NCBI GenBank assembly: GCA_951406725.2
Contig: OX597825.1
Location: forward strand, 24,490,001 to 24,554,000
Direction: 5' to 3'
Length of the DNA: 64,000 nucleotides
Source of the DNA: Octopus vulgaris
Lineage: Eukaryota
The notes below the pieces were generated by a model. That model was not told the origin of the DNA. It did not search any database and saw only the letters and a list, made by a program, of their open reading frames with translations. The position numbers and the translations under genes were made by a program. This document shows, in pieces, positions 1-11,094 of this stretch. Numbering within the stretch: the first letter of the stretch is position 1; every line of letters begins with the position of its first letter.

Positions 1-54
1 TGTCAAGCTGTCCAACCCATCCCAGCATGAAAAACAGATGTTAAATGCTGCAGT

Positions 55-82
55 TTATGATGATGATGATGAAGATGATGAA

Positions 83-116
<34 letters not shown>

Positions 117-171
117 GTGATGATAGTGATGATGGTGAAGATAGTGATGGTGGTGGTGGTGGTGGTGGTGG

Positions 172-211
<40 letters not shown>

Positions 212-286
212 AATGATGATAATGATGATAATGATGATGATGATGATGAGGAGGAGGAGGAGGAGGAGGAGGAGGAGGAGGAGGAG
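55..286. repeat. (GAT)n/(GGT)n/(GAG)n compound microsatellite following an RTE-type 3' tail
   Basis: Direct reading; preceded at ~8-48 by the family tail ctgtccaacccatcccagcatgaaaaacagatgttaaatg seen many times in the window. Confidence 0.95.
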
Positions 287-1079
287 GTAGCAATCAGCAA
301 TATTAGAGCAATTTTGGAAAATATAATTCTTCAGTTCAGAAATAATTTTGATAGATCTAAAACTGAATTTACAGAAGCTGTAAGTAGAAATCATTCAAAT
401 TGTTTTACACTTGGGAACGCTTACCAAAACGATGATGATCTAGATTACAAACTTCTAGAGCAGCGACATGTATATCATGAAGTTTATGGCCAAGATGGAG
501 CAGAAAAAGTAAAAAAGCATTTAAAAGCAATCTCACTAAGAACCATTCTATATTTAGCAGTTTTTATGATGGAAAAGGAATGACGTTACAGATCCAAATG
601 GAGAGAGAAACAGAGAAAGAGGGAGGGAGGGAGGGAGAGAGAGAGAGAAAGAAAGAGAGAAAGAAAAAGAGAGCAATGCATATTGTAAGACAAGGTGACA
701 ATGCACTCAAGTATTATAAGAAAAAAAAAGAGAAAAGTAAAAAAAAAAAATGATCTCTTTACATTATTAAAAACATTAAATTTATTATTTGCTGAGACTG
801 ATGGAAGTCAATAAACACTTCAAACATAAAGCTGCATCTAATTTATAAAATTTCTTCTTTATTTAAGTTGATTTCCTAATGCTTTTGTTGTTCTTTTTTT
901 TTTTTTCCATGAGATCCGATGGAAAAATCACTGATATATTTTTCAAAGTTTAGTTATCAGTCAGTGATTTCATATGTATTTATGTATTCAAATATGGTAG
1001 TTTTTCTTGTAGCATGCACTACACACCATAATCAGAATCAGTGTATTCTTGTACATATCATTTACCAGTCTATTACTTG

Positions 1080-1310
1080 AATCTTAAACGAAAGAAAAGA
1101 ACTTACTTCGACCTGCCAACACACATCCAAATCCTTTCTCAAAAATTTTAGAACAAATCTTCATCGAACAAGTAATACCAAAAGCTGCATAGATACAAGA
1201 AAATATCATTTGCTCCCCTACTGCCTCAATCTTAAACGAAAGATAAGAACTTACTTCAACTTGCCAAAACACATCCAAATCTTTTTTAAGCAAATTTGAA
1301 AACAGGCCCT
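1080..1310 (+). mobile_element. Penelope-like element relic (C-terminus of the GIY-YIG region), partly duplicated in tandem
   Basis: aatcttaaacgaaaga at 1080 and 1228. Reads ILNERKELTSTCQHTSKSFLKNF and IICSPTASILNER*ELTSTCQNTSKSFLSKF, resembling the LNxRxELxSxCRHxxKFLL terminus of Penelope-type ORFs. Confidence 0.6.
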
Positions 1311-1559
1311 CATTGAATAATTGATAACAGAAGCCATTATTTGAAAATGTTTTGGTAGTTGGAAAATATTCTTAATCCCTTGATGAATACAGTTGACCAA
1401 GGGGGCCAAATTAATGGAATTGTGGTTCAAATAATCATATAATCCTGCTTAACTTACATAGGAATTAATATATATCAGATACTACGCAGTTCTAACACAA
1501 GGGTGTGTTGTGCACTTTTACTTTCTTGTGCCACAGAAATAAACAAATGCTATGGGTAT

Positions 1560-1651
1560 ATGAATATCTTCATACACATATTTATATGCATGTGTGTATG
1601 TATGTATATGTATATATATATATACATACACCCACATTTATATATATGTAT

Positions 1652-1707
<56 letters not shown>

Positions 1708-1857
1708 AAATATATACATATATATATATATAAATATATATGTATATATATTTATATATATATTATATATGTGTATGTATATTAAACACATGTACAAATA
1801 CATATATATATATATACATATGGGGAGAGTGACATACATAGATAGATTTGTGTGTAA

Positions 1858-1923
<66 letters not shown>

Positions 1924-1940
1924 ATATATATGTATATACT
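1560..1940. repeat. (TA)n/(TG)n compound microsatellite
   Basis: Direct reading. Confidence 0.95.
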
Positions 1941-3505
1941 CACAAATGTTAAATAAGAAATGAGCACATTCAGAAACGATTATTCTAGATAGCTCTAAAT
2001 TGATAAGCTTATAGCAGTCAAACAATAAAATATTCCAAGTCATTAATAATATTTTCTCACTGAATCTTTATGAATTATTATTTCAGATAAAAAAAAAATA
2101 TTGTAATGCCAAATATAATAAAAGACAAAAAATAATAATAAGTAAATATAATAATATTCTAACAACAACAACAACAACAACAACAATAACAGTAGCAACA
2201 GTGATAAAGTATTTGAAATTGTGTTTATAACTTATTCTAGATTCTTATCTATACACACACACACACACACGGATATAGACAGACAGACAGATAGACAGGC
2301 AGGCAGACAGGCAGGCAGATAGATAAATCAATGGATGGATGAATGGATGGAGAGACAGATAGATAAACAGATAGATAGAAATGTTAAAATTGATATAATT
2401 TTAAAACAAGTTTAAAGAATAATAAAAGAGCGTTTATTGATTGGGCAACTGAGTACTGCGATTAAGGTCAAAGCTATTGTCAAGATAGCTTTGACTGGAA
2501 TTTCTAGTTTTGCCTAATGGTTTATTCAGCCAACTAAATAAGCCCTTAAGCAAAACTAGAAACCCAGTCAATGAAAAATTTACTGTGCATACACGCATAT
2601 ATATATATATATATATATATAACCAAGAAAAAGAAAAGATGCGAACTTAGCCATGGTATAACCAGCATCTTTCCTCATGCCTCTTGGAACTTATACCCAC
2701 ATTTTTATGAGGAGATTTATCTTCTCTGGGATGTTAATAATCATTTTAAAAACTTTGTATTGTTGGAAGACATATATAGTCTGCTTGGAATCTTACTTCA
2801 GATTCATGGAACTCACTCCTATAACTTCATAAGGATATTTACACTCTCTAAGAATATATGGAAAACCTATATGTGATTTAGCTGATGAATACTTGACATT
2901 ATATTTGCTGTAATTTTGCAGCTTGAAATTAAATGTTTTTAGTATGAAACAATTGTACTAAACTACTGATCCATTCTTGTTGCTTTTTTCTTGGTTATAA
3001 TCACCCCACATAATTTTATGGTTAATACCATAAAGAATCCTGATGCATCTAAGTTAAGTACCATATTCATTCGAATTCATTTGAATTCATTTGAATCTTA
3101 ATTGTTTTTGCTGAAATTATATATATATATATATATATATCTATATATGTATTAATGTATATGTATATGTATGTATATGTATATATATATGTGTATATAT
3201 ATGTATAGTTGGGAGTATTGATGTCTGGGAGATATCTTTTGGTAGTAGAATAGTATTTAACTGCTATTTCTAAATTTCGGTATTTGGTGAAGCAATTTTG
3301 CTGAACCCTAATTATAATTATGCTCATAATTATAGAATTTTTGCATAAGGTTACCGATAATGGTTCTTTTAACAAACCGAACTACTTGATAAAATGATTA
3401 ATTATAAATTGATTAATTAATTTTACCCTTTATTATTATTGATATATATATATGTGTGTGTGAGTGTGTGTGTGTGTATGAATATGTATATATATATATA
3501 TTCAT

Positions 3506-3550
<45 letters not shown>

Positions 3551-3653
3551 AATATATATATATATCTACAAATGTTAAATAAGAAATGAACACATTATAT
3601 ATATATATATATGTGTGTGTATATATATATGTATGTATATATACACACACATT

Positions 3654-3692
<39 letters not shown>

Positions 3693-3829
3693 AATGTATG
3701 TACATATTTATGTAAATACAGGGAACAGATATAGTGCATAGGACAAGACAAATGCTTGATAACCATTCTTCAGTAACCATGTGGTTGACTGAAGATTGAA
3801 GCAATTTCAGGATATTATTAAAAGTATAA

Positions 3830-4165
3830 AGGGACATGGTTCAGTGGTTATAGAATTGAGCTTATTATTGTGCAGTTTTGAGTTTGATTCCTGGATCGAG
3901 CTGTGTATTGTGCCCTTGAGCAAGACACTTTATTTCACATTGCTCCTATTCATTCAGCTGTAGAAATGAGTTGCGACATCATTGGCGCGAAGCTGTATTG
4001 GCCTTTGCCCTTCCTTTGGATAATATCAGTGGCATGGGGAGGGGAGACTGGTGTGCATGGGTGACTGCTGGTCTTCCTTAAGCAACCTTACTCAGGCCTG
4101 TGCCTCAGAGGGTAACTTTCTAGGCACAATCTCATGGTCATTCGTGACTGAAGGGGGGTCTTTCC
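3830..4165 (+). mobile_element. Degenerate tRNA-derived SINE (family D, gtgtccttgagcaagacact core)
   Basis: A/B-box-like head (tggttcagtggtta...gagtttgattcc), then gtgcccttgagcaagacactttatttcac as in the copies at 13950-14145 and 40817-41135. Confidence 0.7.
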
Positions 4166-4289
4166 TTTATCAATAGAATTACACACTTCAGAGTACATAT
4201 AATAAATGTTACTGGAGAATATTGTGCAGAGGACAGGACAGCAACAGGTATATAAAAATACATGAAAAATTATATACAACAAATATCTA

Positions 4290-5210
4290 AGTTTGTTAAC
4301 CTATAGAGTCCTCGGGCCCCTCCTCCATAGGATCCTATCAGAAGCAACTCTCATTACACCTTCCAGTTGTATTCCCAAGCATGACCGGATATTATCCAAC
4401 CATCTCATCCTTGGCCCACTCCTATGTTTCCTGTCAGTTGGCCCAGCTTGAAGAATCTGTCTTGTGATTGTTTCCTGTGACATTCTAATTAGATGTTCGT
4501 TGTACTGGAGCTATTGTTTGTTCCTTCTAGAGCCATGCCTGACTCATAAGGGCCAGTTTCCCGGTTTCTTGGCATATAGATTCCCTACCTGGATAGGACG
4601 CCGGTCTGTCGCAGGTGAGCTGCAAGATGCAGGAGGAAAGAGTGAGAGAAAGTTGTGGCAAAGGAGTCAGCAGAAGTTCACCATTACCTTCTGCCGGAGC
4701 CGCGTGGAGCTTAGGTGTTTCACTCATAAACACACACATCATCCGGTCTGAGATTCGAACCCGCGATCCCTCGACTGCATGTCCGCTGCTCTAACCACTA
4801 GGCCATGTGCCTCCACTACTGGAGCTGTACCTTTCAATGCAGAGAAGTAGTGGTTTAGCCTGGAGGGGTTCCTTCATCTCCAAGACATACACACTGTCAA
4901 GTAGCATTATCCCAGTGGTGTTGTGATGGAACCTCATTTCAGCTGCTTGGCTTTGGGATTGTACTTCTTTTTTTTTTTAATTTTTACCCAACATTCATCA
5001 TCATTGGTGAGGATAAACACAAAAACTGAATTGAATGTAACAAGTTTGGCATTTTTAGCAATCTCTCTTCTTCTTAGGACCAAATGCTAGAATAAGTACA
5101 TTATAATGTTAACACCTGCAGTTCCAGCCTCCAATTCAGCCTCCTGCTTCCCATCACTCATGAATATGATACGAAAATACTTAAATTTCTCCACTTGTTT
5201 TAGTGTTATG
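4290..5210 (-). mobile_element. RTE-clade LINE relic (RT C-terminal part), interrupted by a SINE
   Basis: Minus-strand translation VEKFKYFRIIFMSDGKQE...SQAAEMRF...PLLLCIER...HLIRMSQETITRQILQAG..RSGPRMRWLDNI...ASDRILWR matches the RTE RT C-terminus; frame-disrupted. Confidence 0.85.
4513..4816 (-). mobile_element. tRNA-derived SINE with a V-domain-like body, 10-bp TSD
   Basis: Head gtggaggcacatggcctagtggttaga...gggttcgaatc; body cctgcgacagaccggcgtcctatccagg...gaaaccggg; TSD tactggagct at 4503-4512 and 4817-4826; second copy at 13005-13305. Confidence 0.9.
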
Positions 5211-5289
5211 TAATGAATTTCATACGCGAAAATTTCCTAATTTAAGAAATATCTCTTTGAGTTGGAGACAAATCCACATTGTTATATTC

Positions 5290-5575
5290 TTTTATTCTTT
5301 TATTCTTGCATTCTTTTATTCTTTTAACAGTTTCAATTGTAAGGCTGAGACCATATTAGAGCATCCCCTAAATTTATTTTCCATTAGTTTTGTTGTCATT
5401 CTAAGGCAGGAAATTGGTCTACGATTAAGTTTGTAGCTGTTGCCCTTCCCTGAGTGTATCCTTGAATGGTTGACTGGTATCATTGTTATGAGTTTATTTA
5501 ATGTTTCTTTGAATGTTTCAACAGAGATTCCTTCCCCATATCTGATTTCTTTAGGTAAGTAGTTCAACAATTGAG
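5290..5575 (-). mobile_element. 3' end of a CR1/L2-like LINE with a SINE-like tail
   Basis: LNYLPKEIR...VETFKETLNKLITMIP resembles the FNxLPxxIR...FKxxLDxxL terminus of CR1/L2-group ORF2; followed by ggatgctctaatatggtctcagcc...gaaactgttaaaagaataaaagaat. Confidence 0.65.
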
Positions 5576-5779
5576 AATCTCTCCTAATGTATTAGGTATT
5601 GTAGCCTCTGTCATTCTTCAGCAATATCTTGTAATTGGTTATGTCTTCAGAATACCAAACTGAACCCTTTCTCAAATCCACATGAATAGATTGTTCTTAC
5701 ACCACAGTCCAAACTCTTATTATTCTCTAATTAGCTATTATTTTATTCCACTTGAACCAGAGCAGCATATATCAATTTC

Positions 5780-5983
5780 AAATTTTGGCACAAGGCCAGC
5801 ATTTTCAGAGACAAGCCAATCACATTGACCCTAGTATTCAACAAGTACTTACTTTATCGACACCAAAAAGATTAAAGACAAAGGTGACCTCGGAAGAATT
5901 TGAACTCGAAACATAACGATAGATGAAATGCCAGTAAGCATTTTGTTACCAGCATGCTAATGATTCTGCCAGCTTGTTGCCTT
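5780..5983 (-). mobile_element. SINE family B (Meta-domain-like), degenerate
   Basis: Similar to the better copies at 50815-51040 and 56785-57013. Confidence 0.8.
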
Positions 5984-6184
5984 CAGGACAATTTATATTG
6001 CTTTACTGATGCAGGAATTGAACTCGTGCTCATATAGTTTCAGTTCTATGTTTTAATGTTGAATTTTAGTCATTTCAGTATGTTTTGTTTACCATGGAAA
6101 TGGGTGGGGGGAAATAAGGAAGGGCGAAACTCTCATGGTGACTATTGCGTGAATGTGTGTATGTGTGTTTGTGTGTGTGTGTGA

Positions 6185-6226
<42 letters not shown>

Positions 6227-6485
6227 TATAAATAGATGATTAAATAGCAAGATATGTGGGTATTCTACTATTTATACACACACATATATACAACAAATTA
6301 ATCATCTGACACAACATTTATTATACACACACACACACACATATATATATATACATATGCATACATAAATATATTCACATATTCGTATATATGTATATAT
6401 ATCCTCATCATTGTTTAACATCCGTCTTCCATGCTAACATGGGTGGGAAAGTACCACAAGAGCCTATATATATATATTCATTCAC

Positions 6486-6522
<37 letters not shown>

Positions 6523-7119
6523 AACATATACATATATATATATATGTATGTATGTATATATATACATACATATAAACATATGTGCACGCATATATGCAAA
6601 TTCAGTTAATTACTAATCTGATGAAAAATTAATTACAAAGCCTATTGTACTGTACAATACAAAATACCAATACATCCTAATATAATAATCTAACAACAAT
6701 CCCTTTCTCTTGCTGTTGGCTGCTTTCATTAAAAGCCATCACTGTTTACATATTCTATATTAACTCTTGCTGACTACACTTGATCTCTCAATGACTTCAG
6801 ATGCTTATACATGATATATGATATATGATAAACATATATATATATATGATGTATATATGTTATATATCACATATATTATACATCATACATACATATATAC
6901 ATACATACATACATACATATATATATACATACATATATGATGTTCGCAGATAACCGCCAGACTTCGTTTTCGTTATCTATTCCTTCTGTTATGCATATGT
7001 GAATTGCAGGGTTTGTCATGTGTGGAGCCCCACTTGTGGAAAATAGAAATAAGCATTCTTGACTGCTATTTCTACTTTTTCGGTATACGGTCAAGCAACC
7101 TGTTGTCTGTCCCTTTTTT

Positions 7120-7154
<35 letters not shown>

Positions 7155-7220
7155 GTATGTACGTATGTATGTATGTATGTATGTATGTATATATGATGTA
7201 TAATATATGTATAATATATG

Positions 7221-7279
<59 letters not shown>

Positions 7280-7334
7280 TGTATGTATGTATGTATGTAT
7301 GTATGTATGTATGTATGTATGTATGTATATTATA

Positions 7335-7912
7335 TTGGAGTAAAAATCAAAACCAAGGCAGAACATGTATCTCAAGTCATTTAGAATAATTTAATTGGGG
7401 TAAGGGGAAATTTTGAATTCTTACAGCTGTTTACCAAACCTCATGATATTGCTTCTAATAAATCTTGATTTTTATGACAATACCAACTATGATGTCTGTC
7501 TGCTCCCTCAGCCCAACCCCTAACAGATACTGCACTCTGTTCTCTCAACCTTAAATATACAAGAGATTTGATAAACTAGTCTATAAATTAAAACTGACCC
7601 CATAAAAACAAGAAATCAGTGACAGGCAGAGTCTGTAACAATGTATGTCTTCTTGAAAAATTCAGTAACTTCTAAACTGGAGTTGGGACAGCATGTTTTT
7701 TGTCTATCTCTTTAACTTCTTGGAGATTTTAGGTATAATTATACAAATATGTCCATCTGTTCTAATTTAATTAAATTCTATGTCTTTGTGCAGCTGAGGA
7801 TTGCTCTGCCTTTTAAATTGATGTAATGATTGCATTGTTCAATTAAATGGAGTTGCATGAAACGATCATACTGCATTACCTCTGGATATCCTTGTTGCTT
7901 ATTTTGATATTG
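7335..7912 (+). mobile_element. (TA)n-inserted non-coding Penelope pLTR-like element carrying a hammerhead motif
   Basis: Flanked by TA-rich microsatellites; 7780-7910 is an inverted homolog of 59520-59645; gataaactagtctataaattaaaact shared with 60011. Confidence 0.65.
7789..7875 (+). ncRNA. Type I hammerhead ribozyme-like motif (long helix II)
   Basis: Helix I tgcag/ctgca; core CTGAGGA; ~58-nt helix II region; GAAAC-GATC-ATA (cleavage triplet altered from GTA). Confidence 0.6.
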
Positions 7913-7921
7913 ATATATATA

Positions 7922-7991
<70 letters not shown>

Positions 7992-8323
7992 CATATATAT
8001 ATATAATTATTACATTATACACTAATTCTACATATTCTCTTCATCATTTAATCCTTCTCTGATTTCAATTTTTAAAAACATACTTTTAAAATCCCTTACT
8101 AAAAATTTACTCTTGTGTTATATATATAAAGAATATTGCCTTGGATAATCAAATACAGTAAGTGATACTGTTTTGATTCATTGATTGCTTTCAGTTTTCC
8201 ACTGATAATATATGTATATGTGTACATATGTGTATGTGTACGTGTGTGTATATATATATATGTGTACATATATATATATATACGTGTGTATGTACATATA
8301 TGTATGGATGTATATATATATTC

Positions 8324-8356
<33 letters not shown>

Positions 8357-8457
8357 TGTATGTTTTTATATATATATCAGGTGGTGCTATTAAGTTAGAC
8401 ATGGCCTGGGCCAATAATGGCGAAACCTATCAAAGTATCAAAGTATCAAGTATATAT

Positions 8458-8522
<65 letters not shown>

Positions 8523-8774
8523 TATATATACATATATATATATATTATTTATTATTCATTATATATAGTATACAAATATATGTACATGTATATATTTATT
8601 ATATTTGAATATATATACACGTACATATCATTCATATATGTCTCATTCATATATGTCATAAACTTGTATATGATATAACAACATCTGCTGATCTATTGTG
8701 ATTAATGGTTTGATTAGAGGTATATTTCGTTCAGGTGTTGTATATTAATTCATGTCTTCATTTGATTTCTTGAC

Positions 8775-9185
8775 TATGTGGCTGTATGGTAAGAAGTTTG
8801 CTTCTCAACCACAGGGTTCAGTTCTTCAGTTTGGCACCTTGCACAAGTGTCTTCTACTATAGCCCCGGGCTAACCAAATCCATATGAGTCGATTTGGCAC
8901 ACAGCAACTGAAGGAAGTTTGTGCTATACGTATAGATATAAATGAATGCACATGTGCGTGCATGTGTGTGTGTGTGCACGTGCATGTGTGTCTTTATGTT
9001 TGTGGTTGTACTCTCCTCAAACATCCCTCTAATTTAGTGGTTCAGCCAAAGGGACAGACAGAATAAATATCTGGTTTAAAAATCAAATAAACAAGTCTTG
9101 GGGTCAATTCATTTGACTAAAAATTCTTCAAGGCAATGCCCCAGCATGGCCACGGCCTAATGACTAAAGCAAGTAAAATATAGCT
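8775..9185 (+). mobile_element. SINE family A, degenerate copy
   Basis: gtggctgtatggtaagaagtttgc...caagtgtcttctactatagcccc...ccagcatggcc. Confidence 0.8.
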
Positions 9186-9199
9186 GTATAAAGGAGTGC

Positions 9200-9530
9200 T
9201 GAGATCTAATTGTGGAGGGTACCTGTGGAAGGGGGAGTCCTAGGAAGATGTGGGACAAAGTGGTGAGAAAGGATCTTCGGATGCTGGGCCTCACTGAAGA
9301 AATGACAAGGGATCAGGAGGTGCAGTGATTTGCTGTATTTGATAATACACGTCAAGCTATGTCAAATCATTGTCTTCCACACAAACAGACTTGGCCTTTC
9401 AGGTGCCGGTGCCACTTGAAAAACACCGATACTGATGCTGCATTAATGCACCTATGCCAGTGCTGCATAAATGCATCTACAACGGTAGCATGTAAAAAGC
9501 ACCCAGCACACTCTGTAAAGTGGTTGGCAT
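9200..9530 (+). mobile_element. RTE LINE 3' fragment: end of ORF plus start of 3'UTR
   Basis: VEGTCGRGSPRKMWDKVVRKDLRMLGLTEEMTRDQEV is an RTE-type C-terminus; followed by gtgccggtgccac...gtaaaaagcacccagcacactctgtaaagtggttggc. Confidence 0.8.
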
Positions 9531-9657
9531 GCATTATATACTTATAGGTACATACATGCATACATATATATATATATATATATATGTATATCGCCATGAT
9601 AGCTCGTTAGTCACTACACACATTTTTCTCTCCTTATTTCTCTCCTTGTTTTTCTAT

Positions 9658-9699
9658 GTCCCTTTCTGTAGAAGAGCATAGGCTTGAAACGTAAAAGAC
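9658..9699 (+). ncRNA. Minimal type I hammerhead-like motif in a (TA)n-inserted element (~9592-9786)
   Basis: cttt-CTGTAGAA-[gagc atag gctt]-GAAAC-GTA-aaag; core differs from CUGANGA at one position; palindromic helix III (ACGT). Confidence 0.5.
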
Positions 9700-9782
9700 T
9701 TTCTATTCCTGAGTGTTATACTAATACATCTGTTTGTTTTGTACACCACCTGTCTTCGTCTTTTGTTTTTTTCGTAAACTCT

Positions 9783-9832
<50 letters not shown>

Positions 9833-9922
9833 CTGGAACATTGTAAATGGAGATGGTACAGAACAGAAACATTTGTAACTTATTAGTGAAGATATGCTAA
9901 TGAATTTTCTTTGTCTTCTTTT

Positions 9923-9981
<59 letters not shown>

Positions 9982-10067
9982 CAAGAGTTAAGGAATGGAA
10001 TAGATAAGATCCAGGTTACATATGTTGCAAGCAGATTTGGTAGATATAAACTGAAAGAAGCCTGTTG

Positions 10068-10138
<71 letters not shown>

Positions 10139-10282
10139 ATGTATACATTTGTGTGTCTGTGTTTGTCCCGCTACCATTGCTTGACAAATTCCATCTGACT
10201 CATGCAAGCATGGAAAATTGAATGCTAAATGTGGATAATAATGATGATAAAGGTGATATATATATATTCTACTGACTAATTG

Positions 10283-10592
10283 TGCTGGTTCCACATAAAA
10301 AGCACTGAAGCTGGTGCCGCATAAAAAGCACCAATGTTGGCGCCACATAAAAATCACCCATGCTGGTGCCACATAAAAGGCACTGATACTGGTGTCACAT
10401 AAAAAGCACCAATGTTGGCGCCACATAAAGGGTACCCATGCCGGTTCCACATAAAAGGCACTGATGCTGGTTCCACATAAAAAGCACCTGTGCTGGTATC
10501 ACATAAAAGGCACTGATACTGGTGTCACATAAAAAACACCCATACTGGTGCCACATATAAAGCACACTTGCTGGTGCCACATAAGAGGCACC
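10283..10592 (+). repeat. 26-bp minisatellite (~12 units) in an RTE-type 3'UTR fragment running to ~10760
   Basis: Unit approximately tgctggtgccacataaaaagcacyra; followed by ggttggtattaggaagggcatc...gttaaatgatgacgac tail. Confidence 0.9.
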
Positions 10593-11094
10593 CAATATAT
10601 TGTGTGTAAGATGGTTGGTATTAGGAAGGGCATCGAGCCATAGAAACCATACCAAAGCAAACATATGGATCCTGGTGCAGCACTCCATTTGTTGTCCAAC
10701 CTGTGCCAGCCTGGAAAACAAATGTTAAATGATGACGACGAAGATGATGACAATGAAGATGATGCTGTTTAAAGCTGTCATCGTTTATATGTTCTACATT
10801 AATTCTGGCGGTGTTTATTTGATCTGTTGATGACGTCAGTTCAGTCACTCACTTAATGTCCATTTTTCTATGCCAGCATGCATGGATTTAGACAGAGATT
10901 TATTTGCGGCAGGATTTTATGGTTTGCTGATTTTCCTGTTGTGAAACCTCATTCTTGTTTTTCATGTAGCAGATATATACTTTGTTCCACATTTCTTTGA
11001 AAGCATAGAGCAACTTGTCATAATGTTTGTCATTGACTTGGCATCATGCTAACAATGTAATATATGATAAAATTGGTTTCAATATATAATAATA

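Noticed and set aside
1503-2043. Long YI/CV/HT-rich ORFs here and throughout the track
   Set aside because: Translations of (TA)n, (CA)n and trinucleotide microsatellites, which lack stop codons by construction
3067-3110. Possible minus-strand terminal exon (AKTIKIQMNSNEFE*)
   Set aside because: Short, built partly from a 10-bp repeat, no partner exons or homology
4189-4244. Peptide VHIINVTGEYCAEDRTATG, vaguely like an adhesion-GPCR extracellular segment
   Set aside because: Weak donor (gtatat), wedged between TEs, no supporting exons
10283-10592. CRISPR-like regular array
   Set aside because: Contiguous 26-bp units with no unique spacers, no cas genes, eukaryotic LINE-UTR context
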